From Ascoidea asiatica JCM 7603 (lineage: Eukaryota > Fungi > Ascomycota): a stretch of DNA of 64,000 bases. Positions 1-11,566 of this stretch are shown here, one piece after another. Where the stretch lies: contig BCKQ01000012.1 of NCBI GenBank assembly GCA_001600695.1, positions 27,440-91,439 of the forward strand. Direction: 5' to 3'. Both the position numbers and the translations under genes were made by a program. The notes beneath the pieces were generated by a model, which was not told the DNA's origin, made no database searches, and saw only the letters and a program-made list of their open reading frames with translations. Position 1 is the first letter of the stretch, and every line of letters begins with the position of its first letter.

Positions 1-2030
1 TCTTCTACAACTTTGGATTTGGTAAATTTATTATCTAATGATTGTCCTATCACCCTTTCTCAATATGAAGATATTGAAAATTTCAATTATTCAAAATTAT
101 CAAAAAGAGCTGCAAAAGCAATTGAAAGAAAAGAGTATAAAATTAGTACAGTTGTTAATAATCATAAAAACGAAATTTTACCTCCTCATCAATTAATTCC
201 AAAGGTATTACTCGATATATTGGAAACAAAAAAAAGGAAAAGTTATGACAAATACTAAAATCAAAGAAAAATGCTATATGGAAATTAATGTAAAATACTT
301 TGGATTATCCAGAGTATTTTTTGATAAATTTGTAGATTTTTCTTCAAATAAAAATTCTCTTGAAAAGACATTAGATGCAGCTGAAAAATTTAAGTTTGCA
401 AGTTTACAATTACAAACAAAAATGATAAAAAATTACAACCAATTTTTGCTGCATGTAAAATTAAAATGGATCTATTATCTTCCCTAGATGATAATTTTAA
501 AAATTATTTAAATCATATTCCTTATAGAATAAATATATTGAATTCTATGCAAAATATTTGTGATCCAATTAAACCATTAGATTATAATCAAACTTTTATT
601 GTTAATCGTAATGTTTTTTCTAATTTATCAATTCAAAAAGATGAAATATATAATGATTTTTTAAACATATCCAATAAAACAAATTATTTTTTAAAAGAAT
701 TCAATGCAAACAATGGTATTAAATTAATCAACCAAATTCGTTACATCGAAGATAATTCAAATAAATTCACTGAAAAAAATGATATCAAAAAGGGGAAAAC
801 GAAAGAAAAGAAAAATAAATCACATAAACCATTGCATTATAATTCCTTTTTCACAGATTCTGCTCTTTTTGTAGATGATTCAGATGATAATACTTTAAAT
901 TCAGTTAAAAATTCATTTAAAAACAAAGATTCAAATTTTAATATAATTAAAGATTCAATAAAAAATTCAATTCAAAATAAAAATTTAAATTTTGGTTCAA
1001 TTAAAGAAATTAAAGATTCAATTAAAAAGCAATTATAGATTCAATCTAAAAATCAAATGAAATTCAAAATTCAGATTCAAATCATAATTCAAATCAAAAT
1101 TCAAATGAAACTTCAAATGAAAATGCAAATGAAAATGCAAATGAAAATGCAAATAAAATTAAACAGCCAATTAAAAATCCAATTAAAAATACAATTCAAA
1201 AACCAATTAAAAATACAATTCAAAAAACAATTCAAAAACCAATTAAAAATCTAATTAAAAATCCAACTAAAAATCCAATTAAAAATTTAATTGCAAAACC
1301 AATTCAAAAACAAATTGCAAAACCAATTGCAAAACCAATTCAAAATCCAATTCAAAATCCAATTCAGAATTGAATTCAAAGTTCAAATTCAAATTCACAT
1401 TCAAATTCAAATAAACCTGTAAATTTAAATGACAATTCAAAAGGTATTAGTAAAATTATATTATTAAGTAAATTAACCAGCTTTTCAAAACTTCATAATA
1501 AACTAGATTCTAATTCTACTACTACTTCAACTGCTAGTTCTAATTTCAAAATTTCTAAAACACATTCATCAACACATTCATCAACATATTCAACCAAAGA
1601 TTCAACCAAAGATTCAACTCCTTTTTCCCCATTGAACGAACCATCACTTTCAACTGTTGACCTTCAACCACCTTTTTTGTTTAAGCCACTTGAATATTAT
1701 TTAACTATTCCTAATATTAATGATAATAAAAAATTTCAAATAAAAGAAAAATTGCTGATTCAGGTTCAACAACTTTCACTGAAGCAATAGCTATTAAAAC
1801 TAGGGTTTCCACTAAAGATGTTGCAGATGAATTTTCCCAACAATTAAACATTAATTCACCCAAAAAAATAGAGTAATTTACAAAACAACTAATAAAGAAT
1901 CAAATGAAAATAGTAACAAAAGTATAAAATATAAGAAAACAAAAAACGATAAAATTTCTATACCTGAAAATGCTGAAATTATTAGTAGAAGTGATGATGA
2001 AAATTCAAAAAATAACTTTGATTTTGATTT
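1..2030 (+). pseudogene. Long degraded gene, 5' end possibly outside the window; N-terminal part faintly resembles an integrase Zn-binding (H2C2) module, followed by Asn/Ser/Pro low-complexity sequence
   Basis: ORF pieces 13-258, 245-487 and 466-1038 overlap in successive frames. The reading continues after frameshifts as DSNHNSNQNSNETSNENANENAN...KPIKNPIKN...PFSPLNEPSLSTVDLQPPFLFKPLEYYLTIP. The motif CYMEINVKYFGLSRVFFDKFV recalls the T/Y-x-x-I-x-x-x-Y-x-G-I-x-R-x-x-V-x-x-F-V pattern of H2C2 domains, but the His/Cys ligands are absent. Confidence 0.55.
1160..1375 (+). repeat. Degenerate 12-bp minisatellite (AAAAHCCAATTM-like), coding K/Q-N/K-P-I units in the pseudogene frame
   Basis: Successive units aaaatccaatta / aaaaccaattca / aaaaccaattgc are visible, preceded by a (aatgaaaatgca) 12-mer array at ~1104-1152. 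Confidence 0.8.
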
Positions 2031-3463
2031 GGTAACTCAACTTTAAAGGACTTCTTTATATTCTATTCTTTACTTTTTAAATGTTCAATTAATTGACCAT
2101 CGTATTTTTTGTTGATTGTTCTTTTCAACACCTAAGTATTTTTCTTTTACTTAAACAATTGAATTTCTTTTTTTATTTTATTTTTTTTAATCAATAATAC
2201 TTTTTCTTTTTATTTTAGGTTTTCATTGTATTCAAAACTTTTGATATTTGATTTGTTTTTTGTAGTGGGACTTTAAGTTTTTTATTTTTATTAAATAGTT
2301 AAGTAGTATACTAAATAATTCAATTATAATAACATGTTATTTGTTTTGTGAAGTTATAATATAATTAAGTTGTCTAATATCTGTTATAATTCTATTAAAA
2401 TGTCCCTTTTTCAAATTTTCGTTAAAAAAGCTTAAAAATGTCGGACATTTTTGTCGAGAAATCTGTCCTAGGCGCCTTCAGTTTTAATCTTTTTAATCAG
2501 GAAACTATTAAAAATCCAGTTAAAAAAGTAATTAAAAACCTTCGTTTTCTGGCCACTTTAAAGGTGCCACAATCAAAATTTTCCCTCCTGCGGCGCCCAT
2601 GGCTAGGGCGTGGCGTTATTGTTTTTTTGGTCTACGTTCTTACTAAAATGTCAAAAGTCGAAAGTTGAAAAACGGGCGATTAAAATAACTTTCTTAAGTA
2701 TGTATATTTGTTACTGGACTATATGCACTCTTTAATAAACGATCGATTTTTGTTTTTATTACTTAACAGGATCCCGATTTAAGAATTTTACTCCCAATTC
2801 AGGACATTTTTTGGCCCTTTTTCTCTTTTAGGGAAATGCAAGAAAAGGTAGAAAAAAAGGCGATATTGCTTGATTATGTACAAATATTATTTAATTATTG
2901 GTATACATGATGCAGCTTTTGGATTAGTTACCGGATTGCGACATGTATGGTAAAAATGCAAAAATTGGGGATTCGCGGTGATCAATTTTTTCCAAGAGAG
3001 TATAAGTTCATTCTCGTCAAATAAAAGATACTCAATGTGAGTTACAATTTTAAGTTGTTCTTCTACTTCATTATTATGCAGTATATGGCCTGTAGACAGA
3101 ATGTGCGTATGATGAATAGTCTGATAATCTATGTTGATATTTCAAGTTGAAACTGCAAAATTATTGAGTTTTCCACATAGATTATCAAATATGGAGTGAA
3201 TATTAGCATAAAAAGTCTTAAAAATTAAAAAATATTTCAAAAGAATTTCTCTAACACTAGTTGCCAAATTATTCCTTACTATGAATTCTAATATATCTAG
3301 TAATGTTTGTCTAGTTATAAAATATATAGAAAATATTGAAATCGAAATTATTGATTTCAAAATTGTTTTTTTGAAGTCACAACTAGGAAAAAGGAAAGTG
3401 TAAAAAAAAAGGTATACTTAGCAATAGAAAAGATGAAAGACAAAATTTTTGTTAAAGAGTTAT

Positions 3464-4430
3464 TATTTTTCAAATCATTGAATCAATTTTGTATTACCTC
3501 TTTAATATTTTTAACATGATTTGATGTATATTCTACGCCATTTAAGCTTAACATGAATCCTTGACCTGGAGGTATACAAGGAAAAATATGGTAAGGGCTT
3601 CCATTAAACGGGACATTATCAATATTTCAATATAAATTGTTTAATTCTGGAATCGGGTTATTTAAATTATGAGTTGAATTTGCTGCAGTATTTGATTGAA
3701 TAGAACATGTAGTTGAAGTACTTGAAGAGTTTGAAATTGTGGTTAAAAAATTTAAACAGTTTTTCATTAGGTTCTTTATCTTTTTGTCTCTTACCGATTA
3801 TTTCTGGAGAAATTAGTTGAAGAACTACAAATAGATTTTTTTAATAAAACTACTCTTGATGATGATAAAAATAATAAGGTCTATTCGAATTAGATAAATA
3901 CATATTACCATGAAAACTCGATAGTATGATAATTGAATTATTGAATTTGATTTTAAAGAATTTTTTTGACTGATTAATTAAAATTGAAAAATTATCTTCA
4001 TGATCTTTATATTAATCAAATGTTATACCAAATTTTTGGTAAAATTCGGTATTTTATTTTCAACAGTAGTTTGAAAAAAATGAAAATTAATTGAAGATTC
4101 TGAATATGATTTAATTAGATTATTTTCATTATTATTATTATTTGGATTAGTAATCGTAAGATAAATGATTTTCTTTAGGTGAAGATAAAGTAACTTTAAA
4201 TTTACTTTTTTCAAACTTTTCCATATTAAAATGTCTATTTGAATTTAAATTTGGGAATTTCTTCACTTAAAAATCAAAATGAAAAAGAACCACATAATGA
4301 TTCGAAACCAAGTGATTATTTAAATTTAGATAGTGTACCAAACTTTAATATCATCAAAATATTTTTCAAATTTTTATTTTTCGAGTTTATAAGATCCAAA
4401 AGATCTCTATCATTTCTTTTAGCAATTTAT
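3464..4430 (-). pseudogene. Degraded gene remnant, family unknown
   Basis: Protein-like stretches with stops and frameshifts on the minus strand, e.g. TSTTCSIQSNTAANSTHNLNNPIPELNNLY*NIDNVPFNGSPYHIFPCIPPGQGFMLSLNGVEYTSNHVKNIKEVIQN* and ORF 4023-4214. Confidence 0.4.
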
Positions 4431-4859
4431 TGAACTATTTAAAACTGCTCTTAAAATAAGATTACTAAAATTTAAAATAATTGAAATCATTTTGTACAAA
4501 ACCAACTTGTCGCCAAAATCATAGAATTTCTTTTTATTTGTGATTTGGTATTTTTAAACCGCGTAATTAATTTTACACAAAAAGTTAAATCAAAATTCAT
4601 ACAATTCTCGAAAGGGAAATTTGGCATATTTTTTTATTTTTTTATTTTAAGAAAAATAAGATAATAACCATTTAAAATAGGCAGTAATATCTTTTCAAAA
4701 ACCATACAGTAAAATTAATAATAACATTGTGTATCGCATTATGACACTGTACAAAACACTAAAACTTTAAGAAACAAGGGAAAAAAAACATTCACAAAAA
4801 ACACATTAAATAATAAGTAATATAATTATACATTTAAACAAACTCATACAAACCTGAAA

Positions 4860-7800
4860 TCATACCTTTTTTTTCAAAACTTCTGACCTGTTTATTAGAG
4901 CATAATCATTTTGTGGACCTTTTACCAAAGTTGGTGCACCAATAACAAAATGACCACTTCCTGTGCTTTTGGAGCCTTTAATACTTTTATTACTTTTCGT
5001 ACTTATATTGCTTATATTACTTTTACTGCTTTTATTATCATGAGAAAATCCAAACGTTTGAGATTTTTTAGTTTTTATTGTCCCTATGTTTTTATTTCTA
5101 ATGGATACTCCTCTTTTTAATAAAATGTCGTGAAAAATTGAAGCTCTTCTTTTATGCATTCTGCTTTTATTGCCTTTTTTATTATCTTTAACACCATCTC
5201 CATTGCTATCGTTACTGGTATTTTCAATACTTTCAATATGATTATTTTTTTGATTTTTCTGCATTTTAACTTTAACCACTGACGTTTCACTACTACACCT
5301 CGTTTCGAAACTACTCTTGTTATTCTCATTATTACTCATACTGTTGTTGATATTGATTATATTAATCAAATTAGATGCCGATAAACTTGCATTTTTATTC
5401 CTATATGGCCTTGGATTGGGATTTATTTGTATCGGATTATCAAATCTATTTATCTTCTCATCAGCATGAAAGTCTAAAGTTTCCATTATAGATAATGTAA
5501 GTGATTTATTATATCTATGTCCCAGACCCTCTTTTGGAAATGATTCCATTGTTCGCGATTTTCGCAAACCTTTTCTTTTATTATGATAATTATTATTGCA
5601 ATCCTTATTGCTATTGTTATTGTTATTATCGGTACTATTATTCTGATGAATGTTTCCACTGCTTATTCCATTTTTAATCATTCTTTGTATATCTTTTAAT
5701 GATACACTTCTTCTATGTAGTTGATATTTACCCATATTAAATGAGGAGGTTCGATTTATTGTACTTGATGATATTGAGTGATTTAAAATAATGTTTTTAC
5801 TTTGGGTTTTTGATTTAGCCGGAATATGATGAATCTCATTTTCTGATTTCTTACTATTCAAAGGGGAGTTTTTTTTAAGATTAGATCTAGGAAATTTATT
5901 ATTTTTAGAAATGGAGTTGATAATTACAGATCCATTATCATTTTCGTTACTTTTTTCTGAATGCTGTAAAATCTCTAATCTTCTTTCCTTTGTTAGATAT
6001 TTATTATCATCTAAGAAAGACCTTTTTTCGTTTCCTGAAAGATTAACAGGAGATCTTAATATTTCAAGCTTCTTTTCTTTCTCAAGCTTTCTTAAATTAT
6101 CCATTTGTTTATGTAAATGATTCTGGACTTCTTCCTGACTTTGTATATCAATATCTGTAAAAGAATATCTTTTTTCCTCTTCTATTGAAGAAAATCTAAA
6201 TTTGCTTGATGTAGCTGAAAGAAAAGAAACTCTTTTTGGCCTCAACTGAGAAATTGGCACTAATCTTTTAGTAGTTTCAGAATTATGGACATTAGACACA
6301 CCAGAAGAAGGAAAAGAAACGTATTGTGTCTCAGAGGAATCGACAGTGAACTTTGTTCTGGCACTAGCATAATCTGCATAATCAAACAATGATAATTGAT
6401 CATCTTTAGGAGGTGGATCAGGGGCTTTACTATCATATGATAAAACTGAGAATCTAGAATTAGGTTCCGTGGCAGGTAAATCTTTTGGGCTTTTTAGGGA
6501 AAGTGATTTTTCATCAGTAGGTTCCCAGGAATTTTTGATGGATTTGTTATATTTAATTGATTTCAGTGATGCCTTCAGTGATACTCTTGATGAAGGGGAT
6601 TGTCTTGAATTCTCAACAACAGAAAAATTTGATTTTAATCCTACACTTGATTTTGAGCTTTTTTCGTCATCATCATTCGTGGGCTCTTTCTCAAAAATGC
6701 TATCTAAGTTTTGTTGCATAACATTTTCAAACCTAGAATTGTTATTTGAACATTTATTTATATATTTTTCTTTGGCTTGATGAAAAGGATTTTGCACTTT
6801 TTCTGGACTAAATTTAGTTTCCTCATATGGTGAATCAGGATAATCAACTGAAACAGATACAAATTTTTGAGCGAAAAAATCTTTATCTGATATAGATGAA
6901 ACTGTGGAAGTTTGCTTCTCATGTAGAAGAAGAGGAGCTGGTTTATGGCGAGAAGATAAAATGCTTGTTGAATTACTGGAGTTAGTAGAAGGTATACATT
7001 CTGAAGAGGTGAGAGATGCTGATGGAACAGGATTGATGGTTATAAAATTTTTAACTTTTGAATTAACCAGGTTATTATTATTGAAGTCTTTTGAGATATC
7101 TTGTGATTTAGCATTTTCTTCTTCAAATTCTTTACCAATACTATTTATAGAACTAGGTTGTTTTAATTCTATAAGTGAATTTATCAGTTCCAGATTTGTT
7201 GAAGATGATGGCCAAAAGTTTGAGTCAACAGTCGGGGAAATTGCTCTTATGGTAACCACTTCCCCATTTGTAGAAACTGTCAAAGAAGCTTGGTCTTTGA
7301 AATCATTATTTGTATTAATTTTATTATTAGTGTCATATTCTAAATCATTATCTTTTCTGATATTAACTAGCTTCAATTGTTTACCGGTAGAACTCACTGT
7401 TGAAAGAGAAAAAAAAGTTGCAGGTTTGTCAGTGATATTGTCTTTCAAGGATAAATCTGAATCTGAATCACTATCTGAATATAAAGAATTTACACTATTA
7501 CTCAAATCAGATGTTAAAGAATTCAATTGATCAAAGGAAGACTTTAGATTTGTATTTTCATTAATCAACTCATGATTCTTGCCCTTTTCTTGTAGTAATA
7601 AGGTTTCCTGAGTTTTTAACTTTGTATTAAAAATATTATGAATAAAACTTATTTCATTTTCATAGTTAATATTTAACTTCTGTAAATTAATATTAACTTC
7701 TTCAATTTCTTTTATTTTCGATTCTAAAGTAAGATTTATATTATTTAGTTGTTGGCGAAATGAGTTTATCTTTGACTCATTAAGTGATATTAATCTTTTA

Positions 7801-7937
7801 TTGTAAATTTTTTGAGAACCCAAGTCAGTTTTTAATTTATAAATTATACATAAAAGTAACACCAAAACAACATCTTTAAGATACGCTGGTAGTATATTAT
7901 CATAGCTTAAGGAATCCATTAAATTTCTTTTTCTCAT
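4860..7937 (-). CDS. Uncharacterised 1025-aa protein: N-terminal TM segment, coiled coil, long Ser-rich disordered region, basic C-terminus
   Basis: Uninterrupted 3-kb ORF with ATG; hydrophobic VVLVLLLCIIYKL; heptad-like region at aa ~45-150. Confidence 0.85.
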   Translation of the reverse strand: MRKRNLMDSLSYDNILPAYLKDVVLVLLLCIIYKLKTDLGSQKIYNKRLISLNESKINSFRQQLNNINLTLESKIKEIEEVNINLQKLNINYENEISFIHNIFNTKLKTQETLLLQEKGKNHELINENTNLKSSFDQLNSLTSDLSNSVNSLYSDSDSDSDLSLKDNITDKPATFFSLSTVSSTGKQLKLVNIRKDNDLEYDTNNKINTNNDFKDQASLTVSTNGEVVTIRAISPTVDSNFWPSSSTNLELINSLIELKQPSSINSIGKEFEEENAKSQDISKDFNNNNLVNSKVKNFITINPVPSASLTSSECIPSTNSSNSTSILSSRHKPAPLLLHEKQTSTVSSISDKDFFAQKFVSVSVDYPDSPYEETKFSPEKVQNPFHQAKEKYINKCSNNNSRFENVMQQNLDSIFEKEPTNDDDEKSSKSSVGLKSNFSVVENSRQSPSSRVSLKASLKSIKYNKSIKNSWEPTDEKSLSLKSPKDLPATEPNSRFSVLSYDSKAPDPPPKDDQLSLFDYADYASARTKFTVDSSETQYVSFPSSGVSNVHNSETTKRLVPISQLRPKRVSFLSATSSKFRFSSIEEEKRYSFTDIDIQSQEEVQNHLHKQMDNLRKLEKEKKLEILRSPVNLSGNEKRSFLDDNKYLTKERRLEILQHSEKSNENDNGSVIINSISKNNKFPRSNLKKNSPLNSKKSENEIHHIPAKSKTQSKNIILNHSISSSTINRTSSFNMGKYQLHRRSVSLKDIQRMIKNGISSGNIHQNNSTDNNNNNSNKDCNNNYHNKRKGLRKSRTMESFPKEGLGHRYNKSLTLSIMETLDFHADEKINRFDNPIQINPNPRPYRNKNASLSASNLINIININNSMSNNENNKSSFETRCSSETSVVKVKMQKNQKNNHIESIENTSNDSNGDGVKDNKKGNKSRMHKRRASIFHDILLKRGVSIRNKNIGTIKTKKSQTFGFSHDNKSSKSNISNISTKSNKSIKGSKSTGSGHFVIGAPTLVKGPQNDYALINRSEVLKKKV

Positions 7938-8447
7938 GAAGATAAAGAATAGAACAGAAACTGAAAAGGATTCAAAGAAATTTATTATGATGATATATTA
8001 AATTTAAAACAAAGGGTTAAAAATATGGATAAATCAAATTTTGGATGACTGATTTAAATTTAAGATCATAGCAGGAAATAAAGGAAGAAATTTAACTTTT
8101 GTTGGTTGTCTTTCTTATTTTTCTAAGATCAAAATTTGATTTAAAAGATAGTATTACTGTAACCGTATTTCCAGATAATTTTATCCTAAACCTATGAACT
8201 TATTGAGGTTTGATATTTAAGAAAAGCACTGAATTGAAAATATGAGAAATTGATATCACTTAGTAATTTTTAATGCCAAAATGAGATAAATTAATAGTGA
8301 ACTGAACTAAACCAAAAATCACTTAATAAGATGAAAAACCTGATAAAGGTAGAAAAATTTGTAATTGATATATATATATATATTTTGGGTAGGGTTTTAG
8401 AAGAAATAAAGGAGGGATTCTTAATAAGACCAAATAAATTTTATTTC

Positions 8448-8534
8448 TTTTTATGTAAATATCAAAATTGTGGGAAAACTAACAGTAAATTCTTAATCTT
8501 GAAAATAGAAATCATTCAAACTCTAAGGAAGTAA
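8448..8534 (+). pseudogene. Stub of a C2H2 zinc finger
   Basis: FLCKYQNCGKT matches the F-x-C-x4-C-GK start of a C2H2 finger; the two His residues are missing. Confidence 0.3.
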
Positions 8535-8929
8535 CTAATGGTAATATTAAAGAAACTGATTGCTATTAAAAAACAATAAAATATGACAAAGGAAAATAGA
8601 AGATGATAAAACATTAAAAAAGGTAATACATAACATTACTATTGATCTAAGATCAAAAAAGGGGTTGATTGACTTAACTTACCAATATGAAAAGTGTTAA
8701 TTATAAATCCATTTGAAGTACGCTGTAAAGGAGAGTATGTAACGGTACTCTAACGGGCCCGGTACTCACAATATGTACTGTACATTGCAAATCACGTCGC
8801 TAATACTCCAAAATAATCAAAAACTTTTTCTTGGTAACTTTTTATTCAGGTACAGAACCAGTTTTGCAGGTCTAAAGAAATTGAATTAGGCTAAACATGC
8901 TATTGTGTGGCTAATAAAATTAAGCAAAC

Positions 8930-8974
8930 CATGTGACCTTTAAAACATGTGACCATTACTAGATCAGTCACATG
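8930..8974. promoter_or_regulatory. Cluster of three GTCACATG motifs (bHLH-type: Cbf1/CDEI-like; two also contain the Rtg R-box GGTCAC)
   Basis: catgtgacc at 8930 and 8946, gtcacatg at 8967. Confidence 0.4.
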
Positions 8975-9412
8975 CTATCCTAAAACATACTTTATTTATA
9001 TTTTAGGTATTTATTTAAGTTGATAATCTGCAAAGATGGAACTTAGTCATCTTCTTACCACTTTTATGGTTCGTAGGACAAAATCAATTATAGATATAAA
9101 CCGTGGAAAAGTGTTCAAAAGTGGCAAATATCAAATCAAGTTTCAATTCCGATACACTTGGCGGTGTTTCCAGATCACGTTCTTTTGGAATTGCTCAACA
9201 AGAAATTGGATGCCTGGGTTACCAAAGACACGTGAACCATTGTCGCCAAAAAAATGGGGCCAACCTCTTTAACTTTATTGTTACTTTTTGAAAGTGGAAA
9301 TAATTCCTTTTATATAAATAAAGTAATTGAAAAAGCCATAGTAATATAAGTTGCAATTTGATTGATTTTAAAAAGTTGAAAATAATGTAGTTAAATTAAA
9401 TTTATTTGTTTT

Positions 9413-9736
9413 AAAAATTTTTAAACCTGGTACAAGTTCATCATCTGCAATTGCTTAAAAAAGTGAAGTCGAACCAGTTATACCACAAATTACAGAAGAT
9501 AAGGAAGTTCAAAATTCTCCAATACTTATAATAATTTTAGATAAAATAAAGGTTTGAATAACTTGAGTATCTTTATATAATAAATCTCTTCGAATTGAAA
9601 TACCAATTGAAAGAATAATAATTACATAAGTTGAAAAAGATAATAATAAACCCCATAAATTACTATTTGGTATTGAAATTGAAGGATTTTTTAAAGAATC
9701 TGACATACTTCAACTAGCTAAAATTGCAGCAGTGAA
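9413..9736 (-). pseudogene. VHC1: Internal fragment of a cation-chloride cotransporter (VHC1/SLC12 family)
   Basis: Single frame reads FTAAILAS*SMSDSLKNPSISIPNSNLWGLLLSFSTYVIIILSIGISIRRDLLYKDTQVIQT...IIISIGEF*TSLSSVICGITGSTSLF*AIADDELVPGLKIF. This matches the CCC signature A-G-A-x-M-S-G-D-L-K-x-P-S-x-S-I-P-x-G-T-L-W ... AIAxDxxxPGL. Three in-frame stops (9710-12, 9509-11, 9455-57). Confidence 0.85.
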
Positions 9737-9743
9737 TCTTTCT

Positions 9744-10404
9744 CTATTCTTTCTTTATTATTTTTCTTTTAGTATGTTTTTTTTCAAAGAAATCTAATAT
9801 TGTTTTTGAATTTTTATCTTTTTTAACATTGTATGGTTTTGCTGGAGTTAATTCTGTATCATTTAAATTATTAAAATTTATGATATTTGAATTTGAATTT
9901 GGATTTGTGTTGTTGGAAATTGGGGAAGATAATTGAGAAGAATTAAAAGATTTTTGAGAATTATAATTATTATTATTTGGAGTTAAAGGAGAAGTATTTC
10001 TTACGGAATTTAATGACTTTAATCTTGAGTTTGCTCTTGAATTTGCTCTTAATAAAGGTAGCTTAATATCTGGTTTTGAAATAATTCTTGAACTTAAAGT
10101 TAACATTGGTCTAATTCTTTTATTTTTATTACTGTTAGCGTCGTTATTATTAAAATAAGAATTGGTATTGGTATTGATATTGATATTAATGTTTGAGATA
10201 TAAATTGTATTTGAATTATCAGCGATTATTGTACCTGTATTATTTTCATTTCGTATATAATTATTGATTATATTACTATTCTTAATAGTACTTTTGATAA
10301 TGATATCATTTATTGGTTCCTTGATAGTTCTATTTGGAACTTTTGAATCAGAGGAAATATTTTTGAAATGATTGAAATTTCTTAAATCATTATTTATAAT
10401 ATTT
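9744..10404 (-). pseudogene. C-terminal fragment of an Asn/Ser-rich protein ending in a PIP-box-like motif
   Basis: The frame of ORF 9744-10106 stays open upstream to ~10404, then shows stops. It ends NSKTILDFFEKKHTKRK. Confidence 0.4.
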
Positions 10405-11218
10405 TACAATTAACTTACAACTTTTTATCAAAGCGTGAATAAATTCATATCAATATCTTTATCAATATTATTATCATTTTATTCTTTTATTAGAATGGTA
10501 TTAGAATAGTTGACTTGCATGTCCTGTATTTTAGCAATATCTGTCATAATCAAAACAAATACAAACTTCAAACCAGTTTTATGGGTTTTCGTTGAAGCGC
10601 CTTGCCTAGATTTAAGATCCTCTCAACTTTTAAAATAACTTTTTTTGTTTTCAGTTTCATTAAATTTAGAGCCTTATTTTGTTACATTACTTTTATTGAA
10701 TACATTGAAAAACTTTTTTTTGCTCACTCTAAATAGATTGACAAGTTAAATATCTCCTTGAAACTTTTAATAACTTTATAAAATGATGTGAGAATATAAA
10801 TCTTTTGTTTCTTTTTGTTATTTCCTTATGATAAAATTCTCCCTTTTAATACAAATAATTTAAACTCGACAATATTGGTATGAAATTACTCAAATTATGT
10901 TTTAAAACATTGAATTATAAATATTCTACAACATAATTGTTAAAATTGTTTTCATTCACTTTACTTTTTCTTTTTATGCTTTTACAGGCAATTATTATCT
11001 CTTTATTTTTATTTCTTTTAAGTTTAATTCATATATATTTCAACTATGACACGTGACTTGTTTTTTTTTTTATATTAAATGTTGGATGTTAAATGAATGT
11101 GTTGTCAGTTGTTGTTGCTCGTTGTCACTCGTTGTCAAAAATATTTGAGTTAACCTTTTTCTTATTTTATTTTCTTTTCCTTCAGTGACTGATATTACTA
11201 AAATTACTTCAATTAAAA

Positions 11219-11566
11219 ATGGATCCTCCACCCACTTATTTTCAAGCAACAAATGTTGAATGTGCCTTTAATCCCTCACGGGTTGGTAGCCAATTAAAAA
11301 AATCAATTATGAAGAAAGCATTAATTTCAAAACGTTGGGAAAAAAGTAAAGATAATTTACCAGTTCAAATGAAAAAAAAATTAGATAATTTCCTTTTAAA
11401 ATGCTGTGACGAACCATATTTGTATCAAAAATATGACTCAACAAAAGTGAAATTGATTACCAAACTATTAAGGAATAATCCGATTGGTTTATCATTTAAA
11501 AATTGGGCTTGGCTGTTAGAGAGTCAAAATGTTAGTTATAGTTCTGAATATTTACGCCGTTGCTAG
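11219..11566 (+). CDS. Small basic orphan protein (115 aa), possibly truncated by a premature TAG
   Basis: AAAATG start context, non-low-complexity sequence, Cbf1-type CACGTGAC at ~11050. The frame continues past TAG as RGTKNKKRKLRVIDILGDEED* to ~11632. Confidence 0.45.
   Translation: MDPPPTYFQATNVECAFNPSRVGSQLKKSIMKKALISKRWEKSKDNLPVQMKKKLDNFLLKCCDEPYLYQKYDSTKVKLITKLLRNNPIGLSFKNWAWLLESQNVSYSSEYLRRC

Noticed and set aside
1057-1254. 65-aa KIQ/KMQ-repeat ORF
   Set aside because: Off-frame reading of the minisatellite within the pseudogene.
3109-3124. ATGATGA...CTGA as a C/D snoRNA
   Set aside because: The boxes are only 5 nt apart, with no guide region or terminal stem.
5911-7530. Antisense ORFs (69-208 aa) opposite the 1025-aa gene
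   Set aside because: Codon-mirror ORFs of a Ser/Glu/Lys-rich CDS; no independent features.
9036-9291. Possible RNase MRP RNA (GGAAAAGT...AATGGGGC) or small CDS
   Set aside because: The P4 halves are not complementary (no AAGTCCCC partner) and no frame gives a recognisable protein; left unassigned.
11049-11057. CDEI-like RTCACGTG (also ~27078, ~58227) as point-centromere elements
   Set aside because: No CDEIII CCG element at the expected distance, and the lineage appears to be outside Saccharomycetaceae; more likely Cbf1 promoter sites.
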